A stretch of 64,000 nt of DNA from Candidatus Aminicenantes bacterium. GTDB lineage: Bacteria; Acidobacteriota; Aminicenantia; Aminicenantales; Saccharicenantaceae. Under the pieces are notes generated by a model. It worked only from the letters and a program-made list of their open reading frames with translations. It ran no database searches and was not told where the DNA came from. A program made the translations under genes and the position numbers. Of this stretch, positions 32,249 to 41,729 are shown one piece after another. The stretch spans positions 112,913 through 176,912 of the forward strand of contig CAWECI010000021.1 of the NCBI GenBank assembly GCA_963807525.1, given 5' to 3'. Position 1 is the first letter of the stretch, and every line of letters starts with the position of its first letter.

Positions 32249-32266
32249 GCTTCGCGAGCTACGGTA

Positions 32267-32536
32267 GGACCGTGCACCCTGCTCCGACAGCACTCTCCCT
32301 GCGTGTCCCCGGCCGCCGGCTCAGGCGAGGCTGACTGCCGCACAAGGGACCCTCCCGCTACCGCTGCTACCTTCCGGTCCTGACGGGTTTGGCGGGCGGC
32401 CCTTCGCGCAGGACCCCGGCCCTCAACGCCACGTGCCGGGCACCGGCCAGAAAGGGGAAGCCTCGGCAGGGAATTCGACCCCACTGGAGCGGATTGTGGG
32501 TCACAGGGCACCGCTAGCTCCCCGTCTAGCACGGTC
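32267..32536 (-). ncRNA. ffs: signal recognition particle RNA, large (Bacillus-type, with Alu domain)
   Basis: Domain IV motif GTCAGGACCGGAAGGTAGCAGC. The Alu-domain stretch GGTGCCCTGTGACCCACAATCCGCTCCAGTGGGGTCGAATTCCC closely resembles B. subtilis scRNA as I recall it. The 5' GACCGTGC pairs with the 3' GCACGGTC. Confidence 0.85.
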
Positions 32537-32542
32537 GAGGCT

Positions 32543-32548
32543 ATTATA
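32543..32548 (-). promoter_or_regulatory. -10 box TATAAT for the SRP RNA
   Basis: Exact TATAAT, with 6 intervening nt before the first base of the terminal helix. Confidence 0.5.
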
Positions 32549-32612
32549 CCGAACTCCTTTTACCTAGGAATGCGAGTAAAATGGACGTTATGGCGACCAG
32601 GAGGATAAGGAC

Positions 32613-33303
32613 ATGCTATTCCGGGATCCCACGTTCCTGCTGCTCATCCCGGCCCTGATCCTGGCCCTCTACGCCCAGAGCAAGGTCAAGGGGGCTTACC
32701 GGAAATACAGCCAGGTCTGCGCCTCGATCGCGCCTGACCGGGGCCCAGGCGGCCTACCAGCTGCTCCAGACGGCCGGAGCGGGCGACGTCATGATCGAGA
32801 AGGTCCCCGGCGATCTGACCGACCACTACGACCCCCGCAAGAAGGTCCTGCGGCTGTCCCAGGGCGTCCACGACAGCACGTCCATCGCCGCCCTCGGCAT
32901 CGCCGCCCATGAGACGGGCCACGCCATCCAGCACCGCAACCACTACCAGCCGATGGCCGTGCGCTCGTTCATCTATCCCGTCGCCAGCCTCGGCTCGACC
33001 CTGGCCTTCCCGCTCTTCTTCGCCGGCTTCATCTTCAGCCGGGGCGGCGCGAACATCCTCATGGACATCGGCATCCTGCTCTTCACGGGCGCAGTGGCCT
33101 TTTCGGTCGTCACGCTACCCGTCGAATTCAACGCCTCGAGGCGGGCCCTGGCCCTGCTCGAGGAGCGCCGCTTCCTGACGCCTGACGAGATGGTCGGCGC
33201 CCGCAAGGTCCTGAGCGCCGCGGCCCTGACCTATGTCGCCTCGACGGCCATGGCGGCGGTCCAGCTGCTGCGCATGTTCCTGCTGCGGTCTTCGCGCGAT
33301 TAG
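32613..33303 (+). pseudogene. YugP-like zinc metallopeptidase (membrane), one +1 frameshift near 32727
   Basis: MLFRDPTFLLLIPALILALYAQSKVKGAYRKYSQV, then GAQAAYQLLQTAGAGDVMIEKVPGDLTDHYDPRKKVLRLS...AAHETGHAIQH (HExxH). Confidence 0.75.
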
Positions 33304-33435
33304 GTCCCATCCAAAGCGGAGCGGCCCAAGCCGGGCGACAGGCTCCGGGACATGCTCAAAGGCCTGGACCGGATCAAGAAATAGCGTTATCCTACCCGAA
33401 ACTCGAAGCGACGTCAGAACCCAAGCGGAGGGATC

Positions 33436-34761
33436 ATGGACCAGAAGGACAAGGGACGCAGACAGTTCATCAAGACCTCGACTCTCGGCGCGATCGGCGC
33501 CGGGCTGGCCGGCGGAAAGGCCCTGGCGGCCCGGCAGGGTCCGCCGCAGGCCGAGCCGTCGCCCGCGGACGAGGCGCCGAAGATCAAGGACCATCGCACG
33601 CTCGGCCGGACCGGCTTCCAGGTTTCCGACATCTCGTGCGGATTCATCATGGACGAGGGCGTCATCCGGGCCGCCTACGAGTCCGGCATGAACTACTTCG
33701 ACACGGCCGAGCAATATCCCGGCCATCACCGGGTGCTGGCCAAGGTCATCCCGGCCATGGACCGCAAAAAGGTCTTCATCGCCACCAAGCTCGAGGCCAC
33801 GCCGGGCGAGACCAAGGAAGGCTATCTCAAACGGGCCCGCAAGTCGCTCGCCGATCTTCAGACCGAATACGTCGATGGCCTGATGATGCACTGCCCGGAG
33901 AAGGCCGCAACGCTCAAGGACGAAGCGTTCCACGCGGCCATGACCGAGCTCAAGGCCGAAGGCCGCGTCAAGCACGTCGGCGTCTCCCAGCACGGCACCT
34001 TCTGGTTCCGCGACCCGGAGGAGACCATGGAGAAGATCCTGCTCGCCGCGGTCGAGGACGGACGGTTCGACGTCTTCCTGATGGCCTACAATTTCCTCCG
34101 CCGCGACAACTCCGAGAAGGTCCTGGAGGCCTGCCGGGACCGTAAGATCGGCGTCGCTCTGATGAAGACCGCTCCAGTCGCGATCTACTACAGCCTCAAG
34201 TCGACGGTCGAACGGCTCGAGAAGGACAAGAAGGAGATCGATCCCCTCTATGTCGACGGGCTCAAACGCTACAAAGAGAAGTACGACGCCGCTCAGACGT
34301 TCATAGCCGCCCACCATCTGGGCAGCCCGGAGGAGATACGGAGCGCGGCCATCCGTTTTGTTCTCGGCAACCCCAACGTCCACACCGCCTGCGTGCAGGC
34401 CCAAACGTACGAGGCCCTGAACGCGGTCGTCTGTTTGTCTGGGACCCGGCTGACCCCGACCGAGGGGGCCCGGCTCGAAGCCTATCGCGAGGGCTGCGGC
34501 GCCTTGTACTGCCGTCACGCGTGCGGCGTCTGCGAGCTGAGCTGTCCGAAGGGTGTCCCGGTCAACACCATCCTCCGCTACCAGCAGTACTTCGCGGGCC
34601 AGCGTCGCGAAAAGGAGGCCATGGGCTATTACGCGGCCATCCCAGGGGCGAGGGCCGAGGCGTGCCGGGACTGCGCCGCGCCCTGCGAGGCCGCCTGTCC
34701 TTATGGCGTTCCGGTCCAGGGCATGCTGCTGGTCGCGGACGATACCCTGTCCGCGCCCTGA
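33436..34761 (+). CDS. aldo/keto reductase with Tat-type signal and C-terminal Fe-S cysteine motifs
   Basis: RRQFIKTSTLGAIGAGLAGGKALA twin-arginine leader, an AKR core, and CRHACGVCELSCP and CRDCAAPCEAACP near the C-terminus. Intact 441 aa. Confidence 0.8.
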   Translation: MDQKDKGRRQFIKTSTLGAIGAGLAGGKALAARQGPPQAEPSPADEAPKIKDHRTLGRTGFQVSDISCGFIMDEGVIRAAYESGMNYFDTAEQYPGHHRVLAKVIPAMDRKKVFIATKLEATPGETKEGYLKRARKSLADLQTEYVDGLMMHCPEKAATLKDEAFHAAMTELKAEGRVKHVGVSQHGTFWFRDPEETMEKILLAAVEDGRFDVFLMAYNFLRRDNSEKVLEACRDRKIGVALMKTAPVAIYYSLKSTVERLEKDKKEIDPLYVDGLKRYKEKYDAAQTFIAAHHLGSPEEIRSAAIRFVLGNPNVHTACVQAQTYEALNAVVCLSGTRLTPTEGARLEAYREGCGALYCRHACGVCELSCPKGVPVNTILRYQQYFAGQRREKEAMGYYAAIPGARAEACRDCAAPCEAACPYGVPVQGMLLVADDTLSAP

Positions 34762-34830
34762 CCGCGCCTTGACAGTCCTTCCTCCGGGGTGTTAGATAGA
34801 CCTCTTTCGATCTTTCGCAGGAGGTCGCCC

Positions 34831-37483
34831 GTGAGAAGATCCTTCGTCAGGACCCCGATCGTCTGGGCGCTCGCCGCCCTTATCTTCGCCGCCGGCACGC
34901 TAGCTGCACAAACGCCGCCGGACAAGTTCCTCGGCTTCAAGGTCGGCGAGGACCGCAAGCTGGCCGACTACGCCCAGATCAAGGCCTATTTCGAGAAGCT
35001 GGCCCAGGAATCGAACCGCCTCAAGCTGTTCACGATCGGGGAATCCGTCCTCAAGAAGCCCATGATCATGGCCGCGATCTCGACGCCCGAGAACCTGGCC
35101 AAGCTCGACCGCTGGAAGGAGATCACCCACAAGCTCCGCGACCCCCGCACGACCTCCGTCGAAGAGGCCCGCAAGCTGGCCCGGGAAGGCAAGGCCATCG
35201 TCCTGATCACCTGCTCGCTCCATTCGACCGAGATCGCCGCCTCGCAGATGTCCATGGAGCTGGCCTACGACCTCGTCACCGGCAAGACCTTCTATCGACG
35301 CCGACAAGGTCCTCAACGACGTCATCTTCCTGCTCGTCCCGACCCACAACCCGGACGGCAACCAGATGGTCGTCGACTGGTACAAGAAATACGTCGGCAC
35401 GCAAGTACGAGGGCGGCAACATGCCGTGGCTCTACCACGTCTACGCCGGCCACGACAACAACCGCGACTGGTACATGTTCAACCTGCCCGAGACCCGGGC
35501 CGTGACCAAGGTCCTCTACCAGGACTGGCTGCCCCAGATCCACATCGACGAGCACCAGCAGGGCACGAACGGGGCCCGGCTCTTCGTCCCGCCGTTCATG
35601 GACCCGCCGCTCCCCAACATCCAGCCGCTGGTCTGGCGCGGCGTCAACCTCATCGGCACGGACATGGCCTACGACCTCCAGAAGCACGGCATGAGCGGCG
35701 TCGTCAACGGCCGCTCGCTACACGGCCTGGTGGATCGGCGCCTGCGACGACACCGCCTGGCTCCACAACGTCGTCGGCATGCCTCAGCGAGGCCGCCTCG
35801 GTCCGCGGTGGCGACCCCCGTCTCCATCGAGCCGAACGAGCTCCCAGACGTCGTTCTACGAAAAGCGGATGGACTTCATCGACCCCTGGCCCGGCGGCTG
35901 GTGGCGCCTGCGCGACATCGTCGACTACGAGCTCGTCCTGTCCAAGAGCCTGGTCAAGACGGCCGCCCTCCACAAGGAGGACCTCCTGTTCAACTTCTAC
36001 CAGATGAACAAGAACTCGATCGAGAAGCGTGGACAGGGACCAGCCCTACGCCTTCGTCATCCCGGCCCGCCAGCGCGACTACCCGACGATGCTCAAGATG
36101 CTCGACGTCCTGATGACGGGCGGCGTCGAGATCCACCAGGCCAAGGCCGACTTCGTCGGCCGGCGGCCGGCTCTATCCGGCCGGCTCGTTCGTGGTCAAG
36201 ATGGCCCAGCCCTACAAGACCTTCGCCTGGGCGCTCCTCGAGAAGCAGAAATACCCCGACATGCGCCAGTATCCCGGCGGCCCGCCGGTCCCGCCCTACG
36301 ACAACGCCGCCTGGACCCTGCCCCTCCAGATGGGCGTCCTCTGCGACCAGATCGACGAGCCGTTCGAGGCCAAGCTCGAGAAGATCGACAGCGGTCCCCT
36401 ACCCCAAGGTCCCGGCCGCAGGGCAAGAGCGGCGTATTTCGTCCTCGACTCCGCGGGTCAACGCCTCGTATGCCATGGCCATCGCCCTGCTCAAGGACAG
36501 GCCGAGGTCTGGCGGACGAAGGCGAAGGCCGCCGTCAAGGGGCATCGATCTCCCGGCCGGCGGCTTCATCGTCAAGAACTCCGCCGCGGTGAAGAAGGCC
36601 CTGCCGGCCCTGGCCGAGAAGTATCGACCTGGCCGTCCTCGACGTCGACGACGTCGGCGGGCCTCGACAAGGCCCCGGTCAAGTTCCCCCGCATCGGCCT
36701 CTTCCAGTCCTGGCGGGGCAACATGGACGAGGGCTGGACGCGCTACGTCTTCGACGACATGGGCATCCCCTACAAGACCCTCCACAACGACGACATCAAG
36801 GGGACCAAGGACAAGAAGCCCGACCTCGGGCCGACTTCGACGTCATCATCTTCGCCGACGAGAACGCCAACACCATCAAGGGCACCCGGCCCGGGGCCGG
36901 ACCCGGCGGGCCGGGCGGGGCCGCGCCGACTCGTCGATGGCCCGGATGTTCCGGCATGAGCCCGACGCCGCCCGAGTACGAGGGCGGCATCGGCCAGGAA
37001 GGCGTCGACGCCCTGAAGGCCTTCGTCGAGAAGGGCGGCACTCCTGGTCACTCTCAACGGGGCCTGCGAGTTCGCCATCAGCGAGTTCGGCGCCCCGGCC
37101 CGCAACGCCCTGCAGGGCGTCGACCGGGCCAAGTTCTTCTGCCCGACCTCGATCCTGCAGGATCCTCGTCGACAACGAGACGCCCATCGGCTACGGCATG
37201 CCCAAGGAGGCCGCGGCCATGTTCGTCAACAGCCTGGCCTTCGACACGTTCTCGCCGGCCTATCGAATGGGACCGCAAGGTCGTGGCCACCTATCCCGAG
37301 GACGAGATCCTGATGAGCGGCTGGCTCCTCGGCGAGGAGTACCTGGCCCGCAAGGCCGCCGTCGTCGACACGAAGTACAAGGACGGCCGGATCATCCTCA
37401 TCGGCATCCGCTGCCAGAACCGGGCCCAGTCCCACGGGACGTACAAGTTCCTGCTGAACGCGCTGCTCTATCCGGGAATGTGA
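34831..37483 (+). pseudogene. M14 family zinc carboxypeptidase-like protein (about 880 aa), about 20 frameshifts
   Basis: GTG at 34831 follows AGGAGG. Signal peptide VRRSFVRTPIVWALAALIFAAGTLAA; ITCSLHSTEIAASQMS; LLVPTHNPDGNQMVVDWYKKY; NMPWLYHVYAGHDNNRDWYMFNLPETRAV; IHIDEHQQG. Many further segments alternate between frames. Confidence 0.75.
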
Positions 37484-37540
37484 GACGGCGCCTAGGGTTT
37501 TCTCGCCACGGCTATGAGGCGGGCACGCGCGTTCCGCGTG

Positions 37541-38788
37541 TCAGCGCCCTTCCCTATCGGCCGACCCGGTCAGCCCGGCGACAAAGCCTGACGCCCAGGC
37601 CCAGGCCAGGTTGAATCCGCCGCGCCCGCCCTGGACGTCGAGGACCTCGCCGGCAAAGTACAGTCCGCTCTTGAGCCTGGATTCCAGGCTCCCCGGCTTC
37701 ACCTCCCGGGCGTCGATCCCGCCGGACGTGAACTCGGCCTCGTTCCAGCCGCGTGTGCCGAGGACCGGGAAATCCCGTCCCTTGAGCAAGGCGGCCAGCC
37801 GCCGGCCTGTCACCGAAGGAGCGCCCTGGGCCGGTCCTGGCGCGGCCTCGCGGATGAGCTGAGGCATGACCAGGGAGAACTTCTCCGGCAGCAGCCCGGA
37901 GATCAGGTCCTTGGGCGCCCAGCCCGTCTCGAGCCGGCGGCAGAGCTCGGCGGCGGCTTCCTCCTCGGCCATGAAGGGCAGGAGATCGACGGCCACGGAG
38001 GCGTCCCGCCGGCCGTCCCGGTTCAGGGCGATCGACAGGCTCTCGCTGACGTCCAGAATGGCCGGGCCCGAAAATCCGTAGTGGGTGAACAGCAGCTCGC
38101 CCTCGGCCTTCTCCATCGCCCGGCCGCCGACGCGGCTCTCGGTGCGGACGCGCAGCCGCTGGCCCTGGAGGAAATGGCACAAGCGGTCTTTGACCAGGAC
38201 CGGCACGGCGCTCGGCACGGGCTCGATGACGTGGTGACCACAGCCTGCCGCAAGACCGTGAGCCGAGCCGTTCGAGCCGAGGGCCGGATACGATCGGCCG
38301 CCTCCGGTCAGGATGACGGAGCGGGCTTGGATCCTGCGTCCGTCCGCGGCCACGATCCGAAAGCCCCCTTCCCGGGCCTCGATCCGCGCGACGTCGAAGC
38401 CCGTCCGCAGCCCGACCCCCAGCCTCGAGACCTCGAGCTCCAGCACCTTGAGGACGGAGGCGGCCTGGTTCGTGGCCGGATAGACACGGCCGGCCTCGTC
38501 GGTCTGCAGGCGCAGGCCGAGCCCATCAAAAAAGGACCGGATCTCCCGACCCCCGAATCGGTCCAGGACCGAGGCGACGAGGCCGGTGTCCGTCGAAGTG
38601 AAGGCCGAAGGCTTCAGGCGGTCGTTCAGCAGATTGCACCGGCCGCCGCCTGTGGCCAGGAGCTTCTTGCCGATAACGGGAAGGCGCTCGCAAACCGTTA
38701 CCGAAGCTCCGCGCCGGGCCGCACTGATGGCGCCCGTGAGGCCGGCGGCGCCGGCCCCGATGACAACGACCTCGGGCCTGTCCGGCAT
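37541..38788 (-). CDS. NAD(P)/FAD-dependent oxidoreductase (HI0933-like flavoprotein)
   Basis: VVVIGAGAAGLTGA dinucleotide fold, GGGRCNL motif and C-terminal GGFNLAWAWASG. Intact 415 aa. Confidence 0.8.
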   Translation of the reverse strand: MPDRPEVVVIGAGAAGLTGAISAARRGASVTVCERLPVIGKKLLATGGGRCNLLNDRLKPSAFTSTDTGLVASVLDRFGGREIRSFFDGLGLRLQTDEAGRVYPATNQAASVLKVLELEVSRLGVGLRTGFDVARIEAREGGFRIVAADGRRIQARSVILTGGGRSYPALGSNGSAHGLAAGCGHHVIEPVPSAVPVLVKDRLCHFLQGQRLRVRTESRVGGRAMEKAEGELLFTHYGFSGPAILDVSESLSIALNRDGRRDASVAVDLLPFMAEEEAAAELCRRLETGWAPKDLISGLLPEKFSLVMPQLIREAAPGPAQGAPSVTGRRLAALLKGRDFPVLGTRGWNEAEFTSGGIDAREVKPGSLESRLKSGLYFAGEVLDVQGGRGGFNLAWAWASGFVAGLTGSADREGR

Positions 38789-38794
38789 GGCGCC

Positions 38795-39178
38795 CTAGGC
38801 GCCGAGGATCTGGCAGGCCCGTTCGATGTTCGAAACGTCTAAGACGACCGACACGCCGTTGCCCTTTTTCGACAGCGTGCCGTAGCAGTATTCGATGTTG
38901 ATGCCCTCTTCGCCCAGCTTGGTCGTCACATCGGCCAGCGAGCCGGGCCGGTTCTCGAGGTCGACCTTGAGCACGTCCCGCAACTCGGTCGTGTAGTTGA
39001 GCTTGGCCAGCAGCTTGACGGCCTTGTTGAGCTGCTGGACGACGAGCTTGGCCGTGTCATGGAAGACGCCGATGGCGTCGATGTTGATCTCGTTCTCGGC
39101 CAGGAAGCTGCAGAGGTCCCCCAGCTGAGACGGCTTGTTCTCCAGGATGACATAGATCTCGGTGATCCGTTCGACCAT
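38795..39178 (-). CDS. ACT domain-containing protein
   Basis: Two ACT-like repeats (YVILENKPSQLGDLCSFLAENEINIDAIGV and VDLENRPGSLADVTTKLGEEGINIEY). 127 aa. Confidence 0.7.
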   Translation of the reverse strand: MVERITEIYVILENKPSQLGDLCSFLAENEINIDAIGVFHDTAKLVVQQLNKAVKLLAKLNYTTELRDVLKVDLENRPGSLADVTTKLGEEGINIEYCYGTLSKKGNGVSVVLDVSNIERACQILGA

Positions 39179-39361
39179 GCGTGTCCTCCCGAATCCAGGA
39201 TTTCCAGCGCCCCGTTACCTATTCATAGCACGAATCCTAGCGGGGGGCAAACTCGGACCGCTCGGCCCGGCAGCTCACCCTGCTACGCTCGGAGTATTCC
39301 TTCCGTCGGCCGCTCGCCGGCCCGGCGAGCCGGCTCGCTTCGCCTCCGGGCTTCGCTCTGT

Positions 39362-39403
39362 CAAAGAGGGACTGTCTCTCCTAAGCGGGGCTGTCCCTCT
39401 TTG
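39362..39403. terminator. hairpin CAAAGAGGGAC / GTCCCTCTTTG (member of the GAGGGA hairpin family)
   Basis: 11-bp stem and 20-nt loop, about 100 nt downstream of the FAD-linked oxidase stop (minus strand). Confidence 0.4.
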
Positions 39404-39506
39404 CCATCCGTGCCCGCTCCGCCCTCCCACGGCCTCCTCCAGGAACACCCCTGCGCGGGGTGGCTGCCTGGCCGATCAGGAAAGCGTCCGCCGGGCGAGG
39501 GAATCG

Positions 39507-40925
39507 TCAGTCAAATATCTTCCCGGGGTTCATGATCCCCCGGGGATCGAAGGCCCGTTTGATGCCCCGCATGAGGTCGATCTCCCGTTCGTCGAGGACG
39601 ATCGAGAGATAGGGCTTCTTGACCAGGCCGATGCCATGCTCCCCGGAGATGACGCCGCCGCGGGCCTTGCAGTCGCGGAAGAGCTCCTGCCGCACCGGGT
39701 CGGCCTTGGGCCGCCACTCGCTCTCGGGCACCGGCACCATGGCCCCGCCTTCGTAGCGGACCTTCATGATGTGAGTGTGGACGTTGCCGTCGGCGGCGTG
39801 GCCGAAGGTCGGCAGCCAGATATCGTACTTGGCGGCCACCTCGCGGACCTTCCGCACGTGTCCGGCCACCTCGGCCCGGGGCACGGCGATGTCCAGGATC
39901 TCGACCGTGCCGGCCTTGATGGCGTCGTAGATCTTGGAGCGGATGGCCAGGACCTCGTCCTGCTTGCTGGGCGTGTCGGCGATGAAGACGTCGATGGCCC
40001 CTTTCTCGCAGCAGACCTCGGCCACCCCCTGCGACAGCCGGTCCATTTCGTCATCGGTCGAGGCGTCGAGGATGATGAGCAGGTGGGTCGTGCCGAGCTT
40101 GGTCGGCCACTTCTTGTGGATGTGCTCCTCGGTCAAGGTGATGGGCTCGACCTCGAGGAACTCGACGGCCAGCGGCACGATGCCCCGCTTCATGATCAGG
40201 GGCACGGTCTCGAGGGCCGGCTCGAGCGCTTCGAACGGCACCACCAGGGAACGCATGAGGCCCGGCCGGGCCATGAGATGGAGGATCACCCGGGTGACGA
40301 CGCCGAGCGTGCCTTCCGAGCCGATGACGAGGTGCATGAGGTTGTAGCCCGTGCTCGACTTCTCGAGCTTGCCGCCGAGCCGGAGGATGTCGCCGGCCGG
40401 CGTCACCATCTCCAGGCCGCGGACGTAGTTGCGGATGGTGCCGTACTTGACCGCCCGGCTGCCGCCCGCGTTGGTGGCCACGAGCCCGCCCATCATGGCG
40501 CTTTCGTCGCCGGGGTGGGGCGGGAAGTACAGCCCGGCGTCCTCGACGGCCTTGGCGAAATCCGAGAGCCGGACGCCGGCCTCGGTCACGGCCATCTGAT
40601 TGTCGATATCGACCTCCAGGACCCGGGCCATCCGCTCCAGGGACAGGACGATCCCGCCGCAGACCGGCACGCAGCCGCCGCATAGACCCGTGGCCCCTCC
40701 CCTGGGAGTGACGGGGATGCGGTTCGCGTTGGCGATCGTCATGACGGACGCGACCTCCGCCGTCGTGCCCGGACGGACGACGAGGTCCGGCTCATGGGCG
40801 ATCTCCTTCATCGAGAACTCGTCGTGGCCGTAATCGAAGGTCCGGTCCGGGTCGGAAAAAACGTTCGCGGCGCCGACCGCGGCCTCGATCCCGGCCCGGA
40901 TGGCCGTCGTGATGGGGCTGGTCAT
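39507..40925 (-). CDS. FAD-linked oxidase (GlcD-like)
   Basis: Intact 472 aa: MTSPITTAIRAGIEAAVG..., FAD_binding_4-like PRGGATGLCGG, C-terminal GEHGIGLVKKPYL...MNPGKIFD. Upstream parts of ORF 39507..42353 belong to the next gene. Confidence 0.85.
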   Translation of the reverse strand: MTSPITTAIRAGIEAAVGAANVFSDPDRTFDYGHDEFSMKEIAHEPDLVVRPGTTAEVASVMTIANANRIPVTPRGGATGLCGGCVPVCGGIVLSLERMARVLEVDIDNQMAVTEAGVRLSDFAKAVEDAGLYFPPHPGDESAMMGGLVATNAGGSRAVKYGTIRNYVRGLEMVTPAGDILRLGGKLEKSSTGYNLMHLVIGSEGTLGVVTRVILHLMARPGLMRSLVVPFEALEPALETVPLIMKRGIVPLAVEFLEVEPITLTEEHIHKKWPTKLGTTHLLIILDASTDDEMDRLSQGVAEVCCEKGAIDVFIADTPSKQDEVLAIRSKIYDAIKAGTVEILDIAVPRAEVAGHVRKVREVAAKYDIWLPTFGHAADGNVHTHIMKVRYEGGAMVPVPESEWRPKADPVRQELFRDCKARGGVISGEHGIGLVKKPYLSIVLDEREIDLMRGIKRAFDPRGIMNPGKIFD

Positions 40926-40939
40926 GGCGGACTCCTTTG

Positions 40940-41729
40940 TCAATCGATGCGCTTGAGCTGGATCGGCACTCCGATCATGATCTGGGGACGTCCCTTGTAG
41001 GTCTCGACGAGCCCGGTCGCCTCGATCGTCCGGCCGGCAAAATCCAGAGGCCCCGGGAGCACCCGGAAGACCTCGAGGGGAACGGCGGCGTCGAAGGCGG
41101 CCCCGTCGGCCTCGAGGAGGCAGAACCCGCCGCGCTTGAACGACCGGAGGCAGCGGAAACGAACGGTCAAGACCTCGCCGACATGCCGCCCGGCCTCGGT
41201 CGCGGAGACGACGGGGTAGCGGCTCTCTCGCCCAAAGGCCGCGGCCAGCCTGCCGGGCCTCGCTTTCGGCGGCCTTGAGCTCCCGCCGCAGCGTCTCGTC
41301 GAAGGGGAACTTGAGGAAAGCCGTGGCATAGCCTTCGCGGACAAGCGCCAGGTTGAAGATCCCGCCGTCCGCCGTCCGGACGAAGGCCAGCAGCCGGCCG
41401 TAGGAATCCCGGGTCTCCGGTCCCGGCATCAGATCGACCCGGGCCTGATAGAGCCGGGAGAAGGCGAAGCGCTTGGCCAGGAAGGCCATGAACCGGACGC
41501 TTTCGCGGGCATCGTCGAGCTCGGGGCTGTCGACGCCGATGAGCCGGACCTTCTCGTCCGGACGGCCCTCCAGACGCACTTTGATGGTATCGCCGTCGAC
41601 GACCGAGACGACCGTGCCGCGAAGGGCTTCCGCGGCCCAGGGGCCGGCCGGGCGCTGGGCCAGGAGCAGGCCCGCGCTCAGGACGGCGAGCGCCAGGAGC
41701 GCGGCCGCCGGAATGGAGCGGGATCTCAA
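40940..41729 (-). pseudogene. secreted thermonuclease (SNase-like) with C-terminal OB-fold-like domain, one frameshift near 41240
   Basis: TTG start overlaps the transketolase stop. Signal RSRSIPAAALLALAVLSAGLLLA; VDGDTIKVRL...VRLIGVDSPE; the tail VSATEAGRHVGEVLTVRFRC...ETYKGRPQIMI is in another frame. Confidence 0.7.
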
